A DNA stretch of 64,000 nt, from positions 46,314,001-46,378,000 of the forward strand of contig OZ024750.1 of NCBI GenBank assembly GCA_964016885.1, given 5' to 3'. A program made the position numbers and the translations under genes. Below the pieces are notes generated by a model. That model searched no databases. It saw only the letters and a list, made by a program, of their open reading frames with translations, and was not told the DNA's origin. This document shows, piece after piece, positions 51,831 through 64,000 of this stretch; the stretch's first letter is position 1, and each line of letters begins with the position of its first letter. The DNA comes from Eledone cirrhosa. Taxonomy: Eukaryota.

Positions 51831-53050
51831 ACTGTATATTCTAGAAAATATATATTTTCAATAGCTCTGACAGTTGGCAGAATCCTCATGTCTGTAGAAT
51901 GCTCAGCTACTTGTACGTTAATTTCTCGAGCAGGCTATTCCGTTTATGCGATCAACTGGAATACTCGTCCTCGTTAGCGACGGAGTGCCAGTCAGTCAGC
52001 ATCTTGAACTAGTGCCATTTATCAAAGCTCATAAGAAAGATTGTGATTGCATCTCAAAGTGCAATCCATGTCACACACTATGTCACACTGAATTTCCATT
52101 ATAATTACTTTAAAGGTACGTGACTATAAAATACATATTTGTACGTTAATTACACGATTGATTCAAAATATGGTACATTCATCTTTGAAACCACCCGAGG
52201 TCCCTTCCATTGCATTAATAAGTATAGTATGTAATATAATGTAATGCTATTGGTATGGTATGGTCCCGTATCTCCTGATAGAGTCGTAGGGGTGCCGTAT
52301 TAACATATGGCGGGTCTTGGGCATTTTAAAGCCTGGCGAAGTCCATCGCTCTCCTGGCCTGAGTAGAGTAGATTTCTTCCAGAGAAGGATACAATGTGAC
52401 AGAGAGGAAGTGAGAAAGAGATACAGAAGAAGAATCGACCCCAGTATTAGACTGGCACTTTATTATCGAACGCGAAAGATGAAAGGCAAAGTTGACCTCG
52501 GCGGAATTTGAACTCAGAGAAAGCAGAGACCCGGAACGAATAACATGACTCATTCTATTCGCCGCCTAATGTAATACAGGGCAACTATGGCTAAGTATTT
52601 TGCTTCGCTAACCCGTCTGTCTTTTAATGCAACCTCGTGTTGACTAAAGCTTGGGCTGTGAAATTTGGAAGACGGAAATTGTCTGAAATCTTAAAGCGCA
52701 ACATACCCAACATTTCGAAGTCCCTACCACCGATTTTTTTGAGAAATTATATTTATGCAATGGTCGCAGTGGCTTGATCATTAATGTTTGATTGTGTTAT
52801 ACACAGGTGCACACAAAACACCTCATTGTGTGCATGTGCTTGAGTATCTATGCCGCTTAACAGCGCTGTTTGTTAATAACCTGTAATTTTGTCGCCTGAC
52901 ATAGAGACATCGATGAAATAATTACTAGACTTGACTTTTAAAATATACCTGGGCATATATATATATAAACACACACAGACAGACATACGTAATACCTAGC
53001 TGATTTTGTCTAAATTCCAATGAAATACCCTCGTTTCTGTATTAGAAACC

Positions 53051-53100
<50 letters not shown>

Positions 53101-53392
53101 GTCCCCATCTTTCCTCTCTCTCACCCTTCTGGTGATAATTTAAAAAAATATATCCCGAAGAACGTAAATATCTACCTCCCTACCTACTTACCTACCTTCC
53201 TGCAACTATCCATCCAAACATACATACATACATGATGGCTGCCCCTTCGTTATCGAGTATGGCCATTGCACGATATACCATTATTAATAATTATTAATTA
53301 ATCTATCGTGCAATGCCTGTACATACATCCATACATACATACATACATCCATACATACATACATACATACATACATACATACATACATAAAC

Positions 53393-54002
53393 ATAATATG
53401 AAAGAGTACTGGTGGAATTGTCCAGTAAAAACCCCAATAAAATGCAGACATATCAGAGCAGATATAATGATATGGGACAGGGAAAAGAAGGCATGCGCAG
53501 TAGTAGAAGTTAGCTGCCGAGCAGATGCCAATATGATATTAAAGATTAGCGAAAAAAGGAACATCTATGCAGAACTAATGAGAAATATACAGATACTCCA
53601 GCCTGACTATAACTTCAGATTTATGCCTGTGATTATTGGGGCACTGGGATATGTTAGTAATTGCCTCAGTACAAATCTTGAGAAGCTGGGCTTCACAGGA
53701 ACAGAAAGAACACGACTAGTTAGGAAATTACAAGTACAATCCATTAATGGAACAGTAAATAGATGTAGAATATTCCAAAAATGTTGCATCTAATAACTGC
53801 ATATACACATGTACAGATACAATTCAAAATATCCACATACAATAACATCCATATCTACACATGCATGCATTGCATGCATACATGCATACATATCTACCTA
53901 CTTGATGTTGTGTAAATTCCAATGAGAGAGTCTTGTGTCTATGTGAGAAACCGAGTCTCTCTCTATTGGCAAACATTTGTGAAATTATAAAACCAGAAGA
54001 AC
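53393..54002 (+). mobile_element. R4/Dong-type non-LTR retrotransposon 3' fragment (restriction-like endonuclease) in (CATA)n
   Basis: Reads EYWWN..RADIMIWDREKKACAVVEVSC..EKRNIYAEL..MPVIIGALG..KLQVQSINGT. The 3'UTR ends aaaaccagaagaa|catacata and is repeated at ~57990-58195. Confidence 0.85.
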
Positions 54003-56325
54003 ATACATAGTTATTAAAATGAAATCTGCCAGGTAAAATGGACCCCCCCCTCACCTCAAATATCACACACACACACATATATAGACACACGCATAGCCAC
54101 ATATACATGTACACACACATATAGACACACATACACACATAGACACACATCACACTCACACATTCACAAACACACACATACACACATGAAAATTACATTT
54201 TGTCTGTACTTAACAACACAATGACAAACCTGACGCAATTTCATCTGATCGCCGTAAGATACATACATAGAGTCTGTAGCAGTAGGAGCTAAAGTTTCAC
54301 AAAGTTATTTTCCTGAGGGAAAGGATATCTCTCTGGAGAAGTTAGAATCAATTTGTAAGATCGGTTGAATTCACAAAGCACTGAGAGAGAAACCAAATTA
54401 CGTTTAGAAATTTCACTTGTAGCTATAGAAATAAAATAATGCTTTGACCTGTTAGACATAATAGCCAAATCTCACATAATCCATACATATCATCTTAAAT
54501 AAACAAAATAATTTAGTAGTTATATCTAAAATTCTCACTCTTATTTATTGAAATAAAATGAAATTCATCTGATAAAGTTCGACAATGTGATCTGCTAAAA
54601 GTAACAACCAAATCTTCCTCAATTCATGTTCCATCATCTAAAGTAAAGTAAGGAATCATTTGATAATGTTAAAATATCAAATAGAATTTGGTGTTATCGA
54701 TAGGTTTTGTTACCATTTGGTCATTTGAGAAGAATGCCAATTATTATATATTGGTGAAGGCGGTGGATTGGAAGTTTTGCTAGTGTTTCCGACAAAATGC
54801 ATTGAAGTATATAGTTATGACACTTTACATTCTGAGTTCAAATCCTGCCAAGGTTAGCTTTACCTATCATGATTACAGGGTGGATAAAATAAAGTACCAG
54901 TAATGCACTGGTTCGTGTTAATTAAAATTCATTTCCCTTCAAATTGCTGGTCTTGTCCCAAATGTAGAAACAATTATAAAAGGATGTTGGGTGACCATCG
55001 GACAATTGCTTAACAATAATTGTTCCGGCTCTTTACTTTCGGAGTTCAAATCCCGACGGTTCAACTTTACCTTTCAGCTTTCCAAAGTCGATAAATTAAA
55101 AAGTTCTAGTCAAGTACTAAATCTATTGACTCGACTTTCTCTTCTCGTAAATTGATCGCTATTCAATGAAACTACAAGAGTATAGTTTACTTGAAGCATT
55201 ACGGAATATGTATATAAGCCCAGCCGTCCCTGAGGGCCTATGTCACAATTCCTTACTCTTTACAGCCCGAAGAAGGCCACACCCATGTTAGATTGACTTC
55301 ATTCTGATTACTTTATCCAACTTGTTCTTCAATATATTATAGATGTTATAGTTAAATGCAATAGAGAAAGAGAAGTGGGGAGACAGAAAGAGATAAGGAT
55401 TTGACTGTTATTTTTAGCAGGTTTAGTAATGGCCACATAGAGACTTTTGCTTTTTCCTGAAGTAGGAAAGATAGTGGAAACATCTGGAACCTAAGGAAAC
55501 TCGTGATAGTGAAGGTCGGCAACAATATTTAATTGAAAACCTGTCACGTCACAATTGCCATCTGCTACTGTTAGCCTTCATTTTTGTGGACTTCGGTAAG
55601 AGAAAATAAAGAGCCTTCCTAACCCACCACTTTATAAACATGAGCCTAATACCCTAGCCAATAGACTATACACTAAACCTAGCCAATAGACTATACACTA
55701 AACCTTCGGCAACAATTCGTCAACAGGAATATTTAGAGTAGAATTCAATAAACTCATTCATCGTTCGAATTGTAGAATCTAACGTTACATCTATTTATGG
55801 GTTCCAGTGACATCACACACTTTACTCTGTTTCTCACTGACAGATGAGGGTCATTGCTCTAACTTCACCTGACTAAATTACATTACGACTCACCTTTGAT
55901 CTTACCTTTGTCTCAAAATGCTTTGTGTTATTTGCCTGATATTATTCCTAATTCGAGATATTAAATTACAGTCAAGTACTGGAAATATCTTGATCGATTA
56001 ACCGTTTAGCGTTTAAACCGGCTGTATCCGGCCAATATACTCTCACTCCTTTCTCTTCAAACCGGCTGTAACCCGCCGCTTATATTGATGTTAAGGTATT
56101 GTTCTCTAAATAAATAATATCAAAATCTCAAATATTAGATATTATGTGAGATTAAGCCCTTACCATGAAAATATAATAGTAAATATAGAGTAACGTAAAT
56201 GCTAAAATGTAAAACCCTCGCTCAAAATTACTGGCCTTTTGCATAAATTATAAATCATCATGTTCTGAAATAGCAGCGCGGGAGCCTAAATGAAATACCG
56301 ATATAGTGGTATGAGAAATATCTAC

Positions 56326-56453
56326 CTTACATTCTCCATGTACACACATATCTGTGCCGTATCTGTAACAGTAAGTGCCGTCTAGAACAGTCCCAAATGA
56401 TTTCTGGATTGGATATTTAGAACTTTCACATATCAGTTGACAGGGTGTCCTCT
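56326..56453 (-). CDS. ADAMTSL5: ADAMTS-like gene, exon B: cysteine-rich module
   Basis: Acceptor tatgtttcag, donor AAG|gtagat; 128 nt, phase 1 to 0. Translates (E)RTPCQLICESSKYPIQKSFGTVLDGTYCYRYGTDMCVHGECK, with the V.DGT.C...D.CV.G.C signature. Confidence 0.92.
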
Positions 56454-56535
56454 CTGAAACATAGACGAAAAAACATGTAATTATAAATGAATAAGAGACA
56501 AAACAATGTATGTCTTGTAGAAGTATAGTCTAATG

Positions 56536-56854
56536 CAGAGGTTCTCAAACTGTTGGGGCCCCCTCACGATCACGTAATACCCTCAATGCCCCACCCCTAT
56601 TTCCAGAGAGACCTACCTACACACACTTTGTAAATAGTATATAATAAATAAAATCGTTAATATATATATATATAATAAATAATATGATATATACTATGTA
56701 TAAGTAAATAATAAATATTTTTTATTTTACTGTATTTATATATAATATATATCATTTGACATTCAAAAGGTCCCAACCCCCATGAATCATTCCAACGCCC
56801 CTCCCGGTGGGGAGGGGGTGGGGGTGTCGTAAGTGCCCACATTGAGAACCTTTT
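56536..56854. mobile_element. hAT-type MITE
   Basis: TIRs cagaggttctcaa / ttgagaacctttt; perfect 8-bp TSD gtctaatg. Confidence 0.8.
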
Positions 56855-57022
56855 GTCTAATGGTTAAGAAATTCGTTTCAAAATAATTAGGTACTGGCTT
56901 GGACCCGTAGCAAACTAGTGTGTTTAAGTGTTGCGAAGACACTAGGCAAGGAATGGAAACAAAAATGAAGGAAGAAGGAAAACAAAAACGATGATAATAA
57001 TAAATGTTTCTGTTGAATTCAC

Positions 57023-57128
57023 CTGTGAAAACTGGTTTCCATGTTCCACCATAGGAGAAATGCAATCCTGGTTGGGTGTACAATGAACACTGGTAAGCAC
57101 GGAAATTTTGGCTACCTTCACTGCAATT
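57023..57128 (-). CDS. ADAMTSL5: ADAMTS-like (ADAMTSL5-type) gene, internal exon A: start of cysteine-rich module
   Basis: Acceptor tcctttacaag, donor G|gtgaat; 106 nt, phase 0 to 1. Translates NCSEGSQNFRAYQCSLYTQPGLHFSYGGTWKPVFT, matching the ADAMTS C..GS..FR..QC...W.P motif. The symbol is based on domain architecture (ADAMTSL5-like); orthology is not proven. Confidence 0.88.
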
Positions 57129-57390
57129 CTTGTAAAGGAATAATATACATGTAAACATTAGTCTTTTTGTGGTAACATATTTAAACAAATATAATGAAGT
57201 ATATTAATATATTACTCTTTTATTCTTTTATTTCAGTCAGACATTAGTCTTTAGTGATGGTGGGACAGGCCCCGAAGAGAGTTAATCGATTATATAGACT
57301 GCATTACTGTTTCCTTCAAATCTGGCACATATTTTATAGATAGCTCTGTTACGGGACATAAACAAACATCACATTTAAATAATAACACAC

Positions 57391-57427
<37 letters not shown>

Positions 57428-57430
57428 AAT

Positions 57431-57496
<66 letters not shown>

Positions 57497-57499
<3 letters not shown>

Positions 57500-57965
57500 T
57501 AGGATTTCGCTTCACTCATAGCTTTATATAGATATGTATAGAAAGTTCGTATTTCTAAAGAAACACGGTATGTTTACAGGAAACATTTAGAGAGCCGTAG
57601 CTATGAAAACATCAGGGCTAACGCCCTCTGATGGTATCCGGCAGAAGCAAGGGGCACAGCCGTCTATGCATTTCAGGCTTGACTGGCCTTCATTAGGACG
57701 ATCCTTCCACCCCTTGCAACTACTGGACTTGAGAACAGTCGATAATATATTGTTTTCTTGTCTTTGTGAATGAGGTGATTACTCTCACTTGCATATGAAG
57801 CTGCCTAAGTTGGCTCAACTTATAATAGAAAAAAATAGGATTTCGCATCAATTATAGCTTTATACAGATATGTATAGAAATTTCGTATTTCTAAACAAAC
57901 ACGGTATGTTTACAGGAAACATTTAGGAAGCCGTAGCTATGAATACACCGGGGATAACGCCCTCT
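57497..57965 (-). repeat. Retrozyme-like 336-nt permuted repeat (1.4 units) with hammerhead
   Basis: Direct repeats 57497-57629 and 57833-57965 (period 336) flank a unique segment containing hammerhead 57661-57700. Confidence 0.7.
57661..57700 (-). ncRNA. Hammerhead motif with G5A core substitution
   Basis: CGTC-CTAATGA-AGGC-CAGTCAA-GCCT-GAAA-TGCA-TA-GACG. Confidence 0.7.
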
Positions 57966-58213
57966 AGTGTGTCATATATACATACATTCATAATGTACAG
58001 ATACATACATACAACTCAAAACATATACATCCACACATACAATAACATCCATATCTACACATGCATGCATGGAGACATGCATACATATCTACCTAGTTGA
58101 TGTTGTGTAAATTCTAATGAGAGAGTCTTGCATCTCTGTTAGAAACCGACTCTCTCTTGGCAAACATTTGTGAAATTATAAAACCAGAAGAACATGCATA
58201 CATACATAGATAC

Positions 58214-59520
58214 ATGGTGGCTGCCAGCTCCTTTTCGAGTACGGCCACTACTTTATATCTATGTAGGAGAACCCCTACCGATGCGCTGAACGAGTGTGAC
58301 TTTTTAGTCCAGCCAGCGACTTGAAAACTCTGGTACAAACACTACACTTGTGACAATTATTGACACATAGTGCTGGGCCCATGGTACCATGTGATGACAA
58401 GTGCAGAGAGATTGCCAGATATAAAGCAATGCCTGTGCCGTGAAGCTTTTATAGTGAGCAAAGGCACTGCACAAAGCCAGTCCCACTCTCTTAACCAAGA
58501 TGATATTTACCAAAAAGAAGAACAAGTCAACATCATTGGATACCATCAGGGTTGCAGGTGTTATATCAGAGTTTCCATTCTCCTAGAATTCTGCCTTGAC
58601 AAAGGCTAACGGGTCATCTCTCCCGGTGATTTTGGATGGCCATTGACTCTTAAGAGCTCCTTTGCCCTTTGACAGGTTTTGTTTTTACTCCTGCGGGATG
58701 TCCAAAGTCACCCTCCTCACCAAGAAACCTTGGGGGGTTGCCAGTTTAGTCGCCAACGACCCGACCATGAGACGGGTTGTACTGGGATACATGTTACTAG
58801 TATCCCAGTACATAGATACATACATGCATGCATGCATACATACGTACACAACCACATGCATACATACATACACAACCATATACATACACACAACCACATA
58901 CATACATTCGTACATGGTGGCTGCCAACTCGTTTTCGAGTACGGCCACTACTTTATATCCATGTAGGAGAACTCCTACCGATGCGCTGAACGAATGTAAC
59001 TTTAGTCCAGCCAGCGACTTGAAAACTCTGGTACAAACACTACACCTGTGACAATTATTGACACATAGTGCACGGCCCATGGTACCATGTGACGACAAGT
59101 GCAGAGAGATCTCCAGATACAAAGCAATGCCTGTGCCGTGAAGCTTTTATAGTGAGCAAAGGCACTGCACAAAGCCAGTCCCACTCTCTTAACCAAGATG
59201 ATATTTACCAAAAAGAAGAACAAGTCAACATCATTGGATACCATCAGGGTTGCAGGTGTTATATCAGAGTTTTCCTTCTCCTAGAATTCTGCCCTGACAA
59301 AGGCTAAGGGGTCATCTCTCCCGGTGATTTTGGATGGCCATTAAGTCTTAAGAGACCCTTTGCCCTTTGACAGGTTTTGTTTTTAGTCCTGCAGGATGTC
59401 CAAAGACACCCTCCTCACCAAGAAACCTTGGTTAGGGTTGCCAGTTTAGTCACCAACGACCCGACCATGAGACAGGTTGTACTGGAATAAATGTTACCAG
59501 TAGCACCAACTGGTGACCTG
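58214..59520 (-). mobile_element. Two tandem ~600-bp non-autonomous RTE-like elements separated by (CATA)n
   Basis: 58214-58802 and 58912-59520 are highly similar. Both contain a CSVCTRVFKSLAG finger and the 3' end GGCCGTACTCGAAAA.GAG.TGGCAGCCACCATGTA. Related short 3' ends lie at 39444-39486 (+) and 53232-53275 (-). Confidence 0.75.
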
Positions 59521-59574
59521 ACATACACACATACATACATACATACATACATACATACATACATACATACATGT

Positions 59575-60260
59575 ATGCATAAATACGCGTCTTGTTACTA
59601 CCTCCTTATAAAGCGTGATGTGGTTACCATAACAATCTGGGATAAAGATCACGATTACGACATCAAAAAGGGATGAGTATATAGAGACTGATCAATAAAC
59701 GGGATATTGATGGACCCTAAAACTAATACACAGGTCTGATAATTTAGTTTATGACCACAGATCAAATAATGTAGAATTCAGCGGCACACTCAATATCAAT
59801 ATAGTAAGAAAAATACAAGAGGATATCTAGGGTCAATGATGAAGACTTTGCAGATTTCCTACCCAAGATACAATTTCCATCTCCTGCATATCATTATTAG
59901 AGCTACATTAGGCGGTGGATTGGCAGTATCGGTAGAGGGTCGGACGCCATGCTTTCCAGCATAGTTACGTCCCTTTATGATCTGAGTTCAAATCCCGCCG
60001 AGGTTGACTTTGCCTTTCATCCTTACGGGGTCGATAAAATAAAGTACCAGTAATGCACTGGGTGATTGCTGGCCTTGTGCCTAAAGTAGAAACAATTATT
60101 AGAGCTACATTATATATAACAACTCATCTGGACCACAGTATGCCTGAAATGTGCATATATGGAGAAATAATGCATCTCCGTAATTCATAGGTTACAAATG
60201 TTCAACGTATCTGGGAACTTTAAAATCTACAAAACATTCTTACGATTCAAAAGATGAGCG
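59575..60260 (+). mobile_element. Degenerate R4/Dong-type fragment interrupted by SINE
   Basis: Reads YYLLIKRDVV (RHD-motif region) and LQISYPRYNF..IIIRA; starts at (CATA)n. Confidence 0.55.
59911..60100 (+). mobile_element. tRNA-derived SINE family 1 (representative copy)
   Basis: Box A TGGCAGTATCGG, box B GAGTTCAAATCCC, body GCCTTTCATCCTTACGGGGTCGATAAAATAAAGTACCAG, TSD attattagagctacatta. Other copies: ~2787-2977(-), 19360-19470(-), 29320-29508(-), 31468-31650(-), 32783-32895(+), 38208-38400(+), 49505-49655(-), 52440-52560(-), 54757-54975(+), 61033-61161(-). Confidence 0.9.
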
Positions 60261-60819
60261 TTTGCACAAGAAAAATGAACATTTCCTTTTAATCACAACC
60301 TTGTCGCCGGTATTTTCACCGGTCAAAAATTCACTTAAAATTAAGCGACAATATATATGTATATTCTATCCTACACCTACAAGATGGTGTAGGACAGACA
60401 AAAAGGAGAAACACAAAAATAAAAACCTAGTCACTGAGGTCACACAATGTGTGACGAAAGAGCTTTGAAAATATATAAACAACCATCCAGTTATCGAAGC
60501 AACCAACCGGAAATTTATAATAAATTGAAGTGAAAACTACCACGTGCGTGTTTTTTTATAGGCAGCATGACCCTTGCAAAAAATAAAAATATCTATTTCA
60601 AGTTTCAATACACGTTTTCAGATAAGAAATCTTGCAAATCAAATTCAAAAACCTAATATGGGTTAACAAGTTATCGTTATAGGTAATCCAGTTAGAGGTT
60701 GTGAGTACTCTGCGTCGTGGATAGTTTTAACGTACGGCTTTTTTTGACTCAACAAGATGCTTCCATAGTTAAGCAACGAGTTCGCGGTAATTTTTAAGCA
60801 GGTTATACTTGGAGGAATA

Positions 60820-61386
60820 ATAGTTAAAGAATGAAGATTAACGTGGTTACGTCTACAATAAGGGCTTTATTGGAAGTACTGACAATTGTTTCGTTGATCA
60901 TGTGAGTCTAGAGTTCGCTAATCACTTGATATTGCGTTATTCGATCTCCAATACATTATTCACCTATGGTCAACACATCAGAGCATGTAGATATATCTAC
61001 ATGCCCTGATTTGTTGACCATAGATGAATAATTGTTTCTACTTTTTGGCACAAGGCCAGCAATTACCCAGTGCATTACTGGTACTTTATTTTATCGACCC
61101 CGTAAGGATGAAAGGCAAAGTCAACCTCAGCGGGATTTGAACTCAGATCGTTAAGGGACGTGACCATAGATGAATAATGTATTGGAGATCGAATAACGCA
61201 ACATCAAGCGATTATCTACATGCTCTGATGAGTTGACCATAGGTGAATAATGTATTGGAGATCGAATAACGCAACATCAAGCGATTAGCGAACTCTAGAC
61301 GCACATGATCAACGAAACAATTTTCAGTACTTCCAATAAAGCCCTTATTGTACAGTCAACCACGTTAATCTTCATTCTTTAACTAT
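60820..61386. repeat. Complex fold-back with internal duplication and nested SINE
   Basis: 60820-60992 pairs with 61213-61386. SINE 61033-61161 has TSD gaccatagatgaataat. Confidence 0.88.
61221..61329 (+). ncRNA. Hammerhead motif with long stem II insertion (mirror copy ~60876-60985)
   Basis: TGCT-CTGATGA-GTTGACCAT..~64 nt..ATGATCAAC-GAAA-CAATT(T/G)-TC-AGTA. Confidence 0.65.
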
Positions 61387-61570
61387 ATATATATATAATA
61401 TGAAAACATAATATCTGATGATATGGGATCGATTGTGCATTGAATATCGAATGCTCTACTAAATATATAATATTATAGATGTAGCGAGATCTAGGCAAAT
61501 TGATGTCTATTGAAACGTACGTAAGAACCGAATAAATCTCTTTTACTGCATCTTTCTGTTCTTTTTAATT

Positions 61571-61630
<60 letters not shown>

Positions 61631-61632
<2 letters not shown>

Positions 61633-61776
61633 CGAAGGAATTGTGGTAAGGGACCAGGTGGACCATAACGCAACAGAGTATTCGATACTTAGGGTAGTAG
61701 AGTGGGTAATAGGAAAAGAGTCAGGACTCCGACGCAAATCTCCAGCCGTTTCTACAGCTAGATCTGAGTTCATCTC

Positions 61777-61819
<43 letters not shown>

Positions 61820-62010
61820 AACATGTTTAACCCCGACGGCAGAGCACAGGCCGTTTCGACGGCTATTTCTTGACCAGAAATAGCCGTGGAAATGGCTTGA
61901 TCTCTGCCGTCGGGGTTACACATTTTCTTATTACCCACTCTACTACCCTAAGTATTGAGTACTCTGGCGCGTTATGGTCCATTTGGTACCTTACCTCACC
62001 TCCTTCGTTA
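61631..62010. repeat. Two copies of the 28586 family, one forming a hairpin (61816-61930)
   Basis: The tail gaccataacgca..gagta.tc.atactt.ggg.tagtagagtgggtaat occurs in both orientations around (TA)n. Confidence 0.85.
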
Positions 62011-62012
62011 TA

Positions 62013-62062
<50 letters not shown>

Positions 62063-63019
62063 TAGATATATATATATTTATATATATATATACAGCGGTA
62101 TTCCATACAATTCTCTGACTACCAAACTTTATGCAGAAGGCGGCGTTATAGTAGAAGAAACTTCTCAATTTCTCACCCCATGGAACTGGATTCGAAACCA
62201 CATTGTTAGGACTGGAAATCCCTGTGTATGATTATAATATATATATATAAGCTGTTTTACACAACTCTATTTAAAAAGAAACCATCATTTTTAGTTTTAA
62301 TGTGCCAATTATGATACAAACTGATACTTTAGTTAACATATTGGTTTCCGGGTGGTGGGATGTACAAAGATATACAAATGTGAAAATTAAATATCCGTTA
62401 TTCTATGAAGCCATTGATGAACAAGTTTTTTTTTAATGTATATATTCTTTAACGGTTTTCTAGCGTTCAATTAAGATATGTCAAGAGAAATTTGGTAAAA
62501 TATCTGTTTTTGATAAAAACTTTAGACAGCTTATTTAAGTAATCATTTGATATCATGACTTTACTGAGAAAACACACAGAAATGAAGAATTATCCAAATC
62601 TTGAAACAATTTTAATATAATTTGTTTTCAGTCAATATAATTTGTTTGTATGCAATATAATTTGTTTTCAAACAGTATTAACACCGTTAATTCCCTTGTT
62701 TTCCAATTTCTATATTGTGTCTATATAAGAGTTCTGACGTATCTATTATTCTAGTATGGAAAAATATGACGTGTCAATGCTATGTAGTTTGGTAGTAATG
62801 ATCTTACTACTACTATTAATTGATTTTGCTCCAGCTCTTCTTCTCCTCCATCTCCCTCTCCTCCTCATATTCTTCCTCCTCACCCCACTTCCTCATCTTC
62901 CTCCTCCTCCTCCTTCTTCTTCTTCAATGTCGATTAACTTTGGCAGAATGTAAATTGTGTTGAACGAATATTACAAAATGAATCCAACTCTGGTTGATGA
63001 TGACATAGGAAGAGAAGTT

Positions 63020-64000
63020 ACACACACTCACACACACATACACACACCACAAACACACACACACTCACACACACACACACCCACACACACACACACACAC
63101 ACTCACACACATACACCACAAACACACACTCAACACACACTCAACACACACTCAACACACACACACAAACCACATACACACCCACCCACACACACACCCA
63201 CACACCACAAACAAACACACACACACAAACCGCAAACACACACACACACAAACACCACAAACACACACACATAAACACACCACAAACACACACACACTCA
63301 CCCACACACCCACACACCACACACACACACCGCAAACATACAAACACAAACCACAAACACACACGCACACACACCCACACATACATTCGACACAACACCA
63401 CTACCATCAACCTAAACCCACCAACAACAACACAACGCCGCCACTACCAATCCAACACCACCAACACCAACAACACAACACCACCAACAACAACAACATA
63501 ACACAACACCGCCACTAACAACACAACACCACCACAAATAACAACAACGATATCATCAACAATGACAACCACGACAACAACAACAACAACAACAGTGACA
63601 TCACCAAAACCAACAACATCATAAACATCACCAAAACCAACGACATCATAAACAACAACAACAACACAAACAACAACAACATACATCATCAACAACAACA
63701 GCAGCAATGTCAAAGCTATAAACCACAAGCAAAATCAAAATGGCAGGACACTATCTCTAGAATTCTAGAAATGTCGTCTGCTGCTTTCATGCCATTCATT
63801 ACGGAAATAATTTGTTGTTTCTCTGATCTGAAGATACCTTCAAAAGAATGAATGGTCGTGATACTAATATTGATGGTGGCGGCGGCGGCGGTGGTGGTGG
63901 TGGTGGTGGTGGTGGTGGTGCAGTTGGTGGTGATGGTGGCGATGGTGATGGTGGTGTTGTTGGTGGTGCGGTTGGTGGTGATGGTGGTGGTGGTGGTAAT
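63020..64000. repeat. (CA)n, (CAA)n and (GGT)n low-complexity tracts
   Basis: Direct reading. Confidence 0.9.

Noticed and set aside
54229-54380. Exon-like segment on minus (ctctctcag...CAG|gtttgt)
   Set aside because: There are stops in all three frames, and exons B and C already join in phase.
58735-58805. Possible HDV-like ribozyme in the RTE-like 5' part
   Set aside because: P2/P4-like pieces were seen, but P1/P3/P1.1 could not be assembled by eye; a covariance-model search is needed.

Overview
This is AT-rich, microsatellite-dense eukaryotic DNA, most likely from an octopod cephalopod (inferred from the SINE families and repeat landscape). Nearly all ORF-track entries are microsatellite artefacts. 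One host gene is visible on the minus strand: seven phase-consistent GT-AG exons (57128 to 21320) encoding the cysteine-rich module, spacer, a basic linker and the start of a netrin-like (NTR) module, which is the ADAMTSL5-type architecture. Its 5' and 3' exons were not found here. The introns are packed with retroelements: (i) a young, 5'-truncated Tx1/L1-clade LINE with an intact 1145-aa ORF2 inside a (GATA)n array, plus three related fragments all abutting TATC, suggesting a GATA-microsatellite-targeting family; (ii) Penelope-like fragments and about a dozen asymmetric fold-back insertions, mostly beside (TA)n tracts, several carrying minimal type I hammerhead ribozymes from unrelated sequence families; (iii) a 336-nt retrozyme-like permuted repeat; (iv) R4/Dong, RTE and CRE fragments, several associated with (CATA)n; (v) two tRNA-derived SINE families, hAT MITEs, Helitron-like elements and minisatellites. 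All calls come from manual reading; no searches were run.
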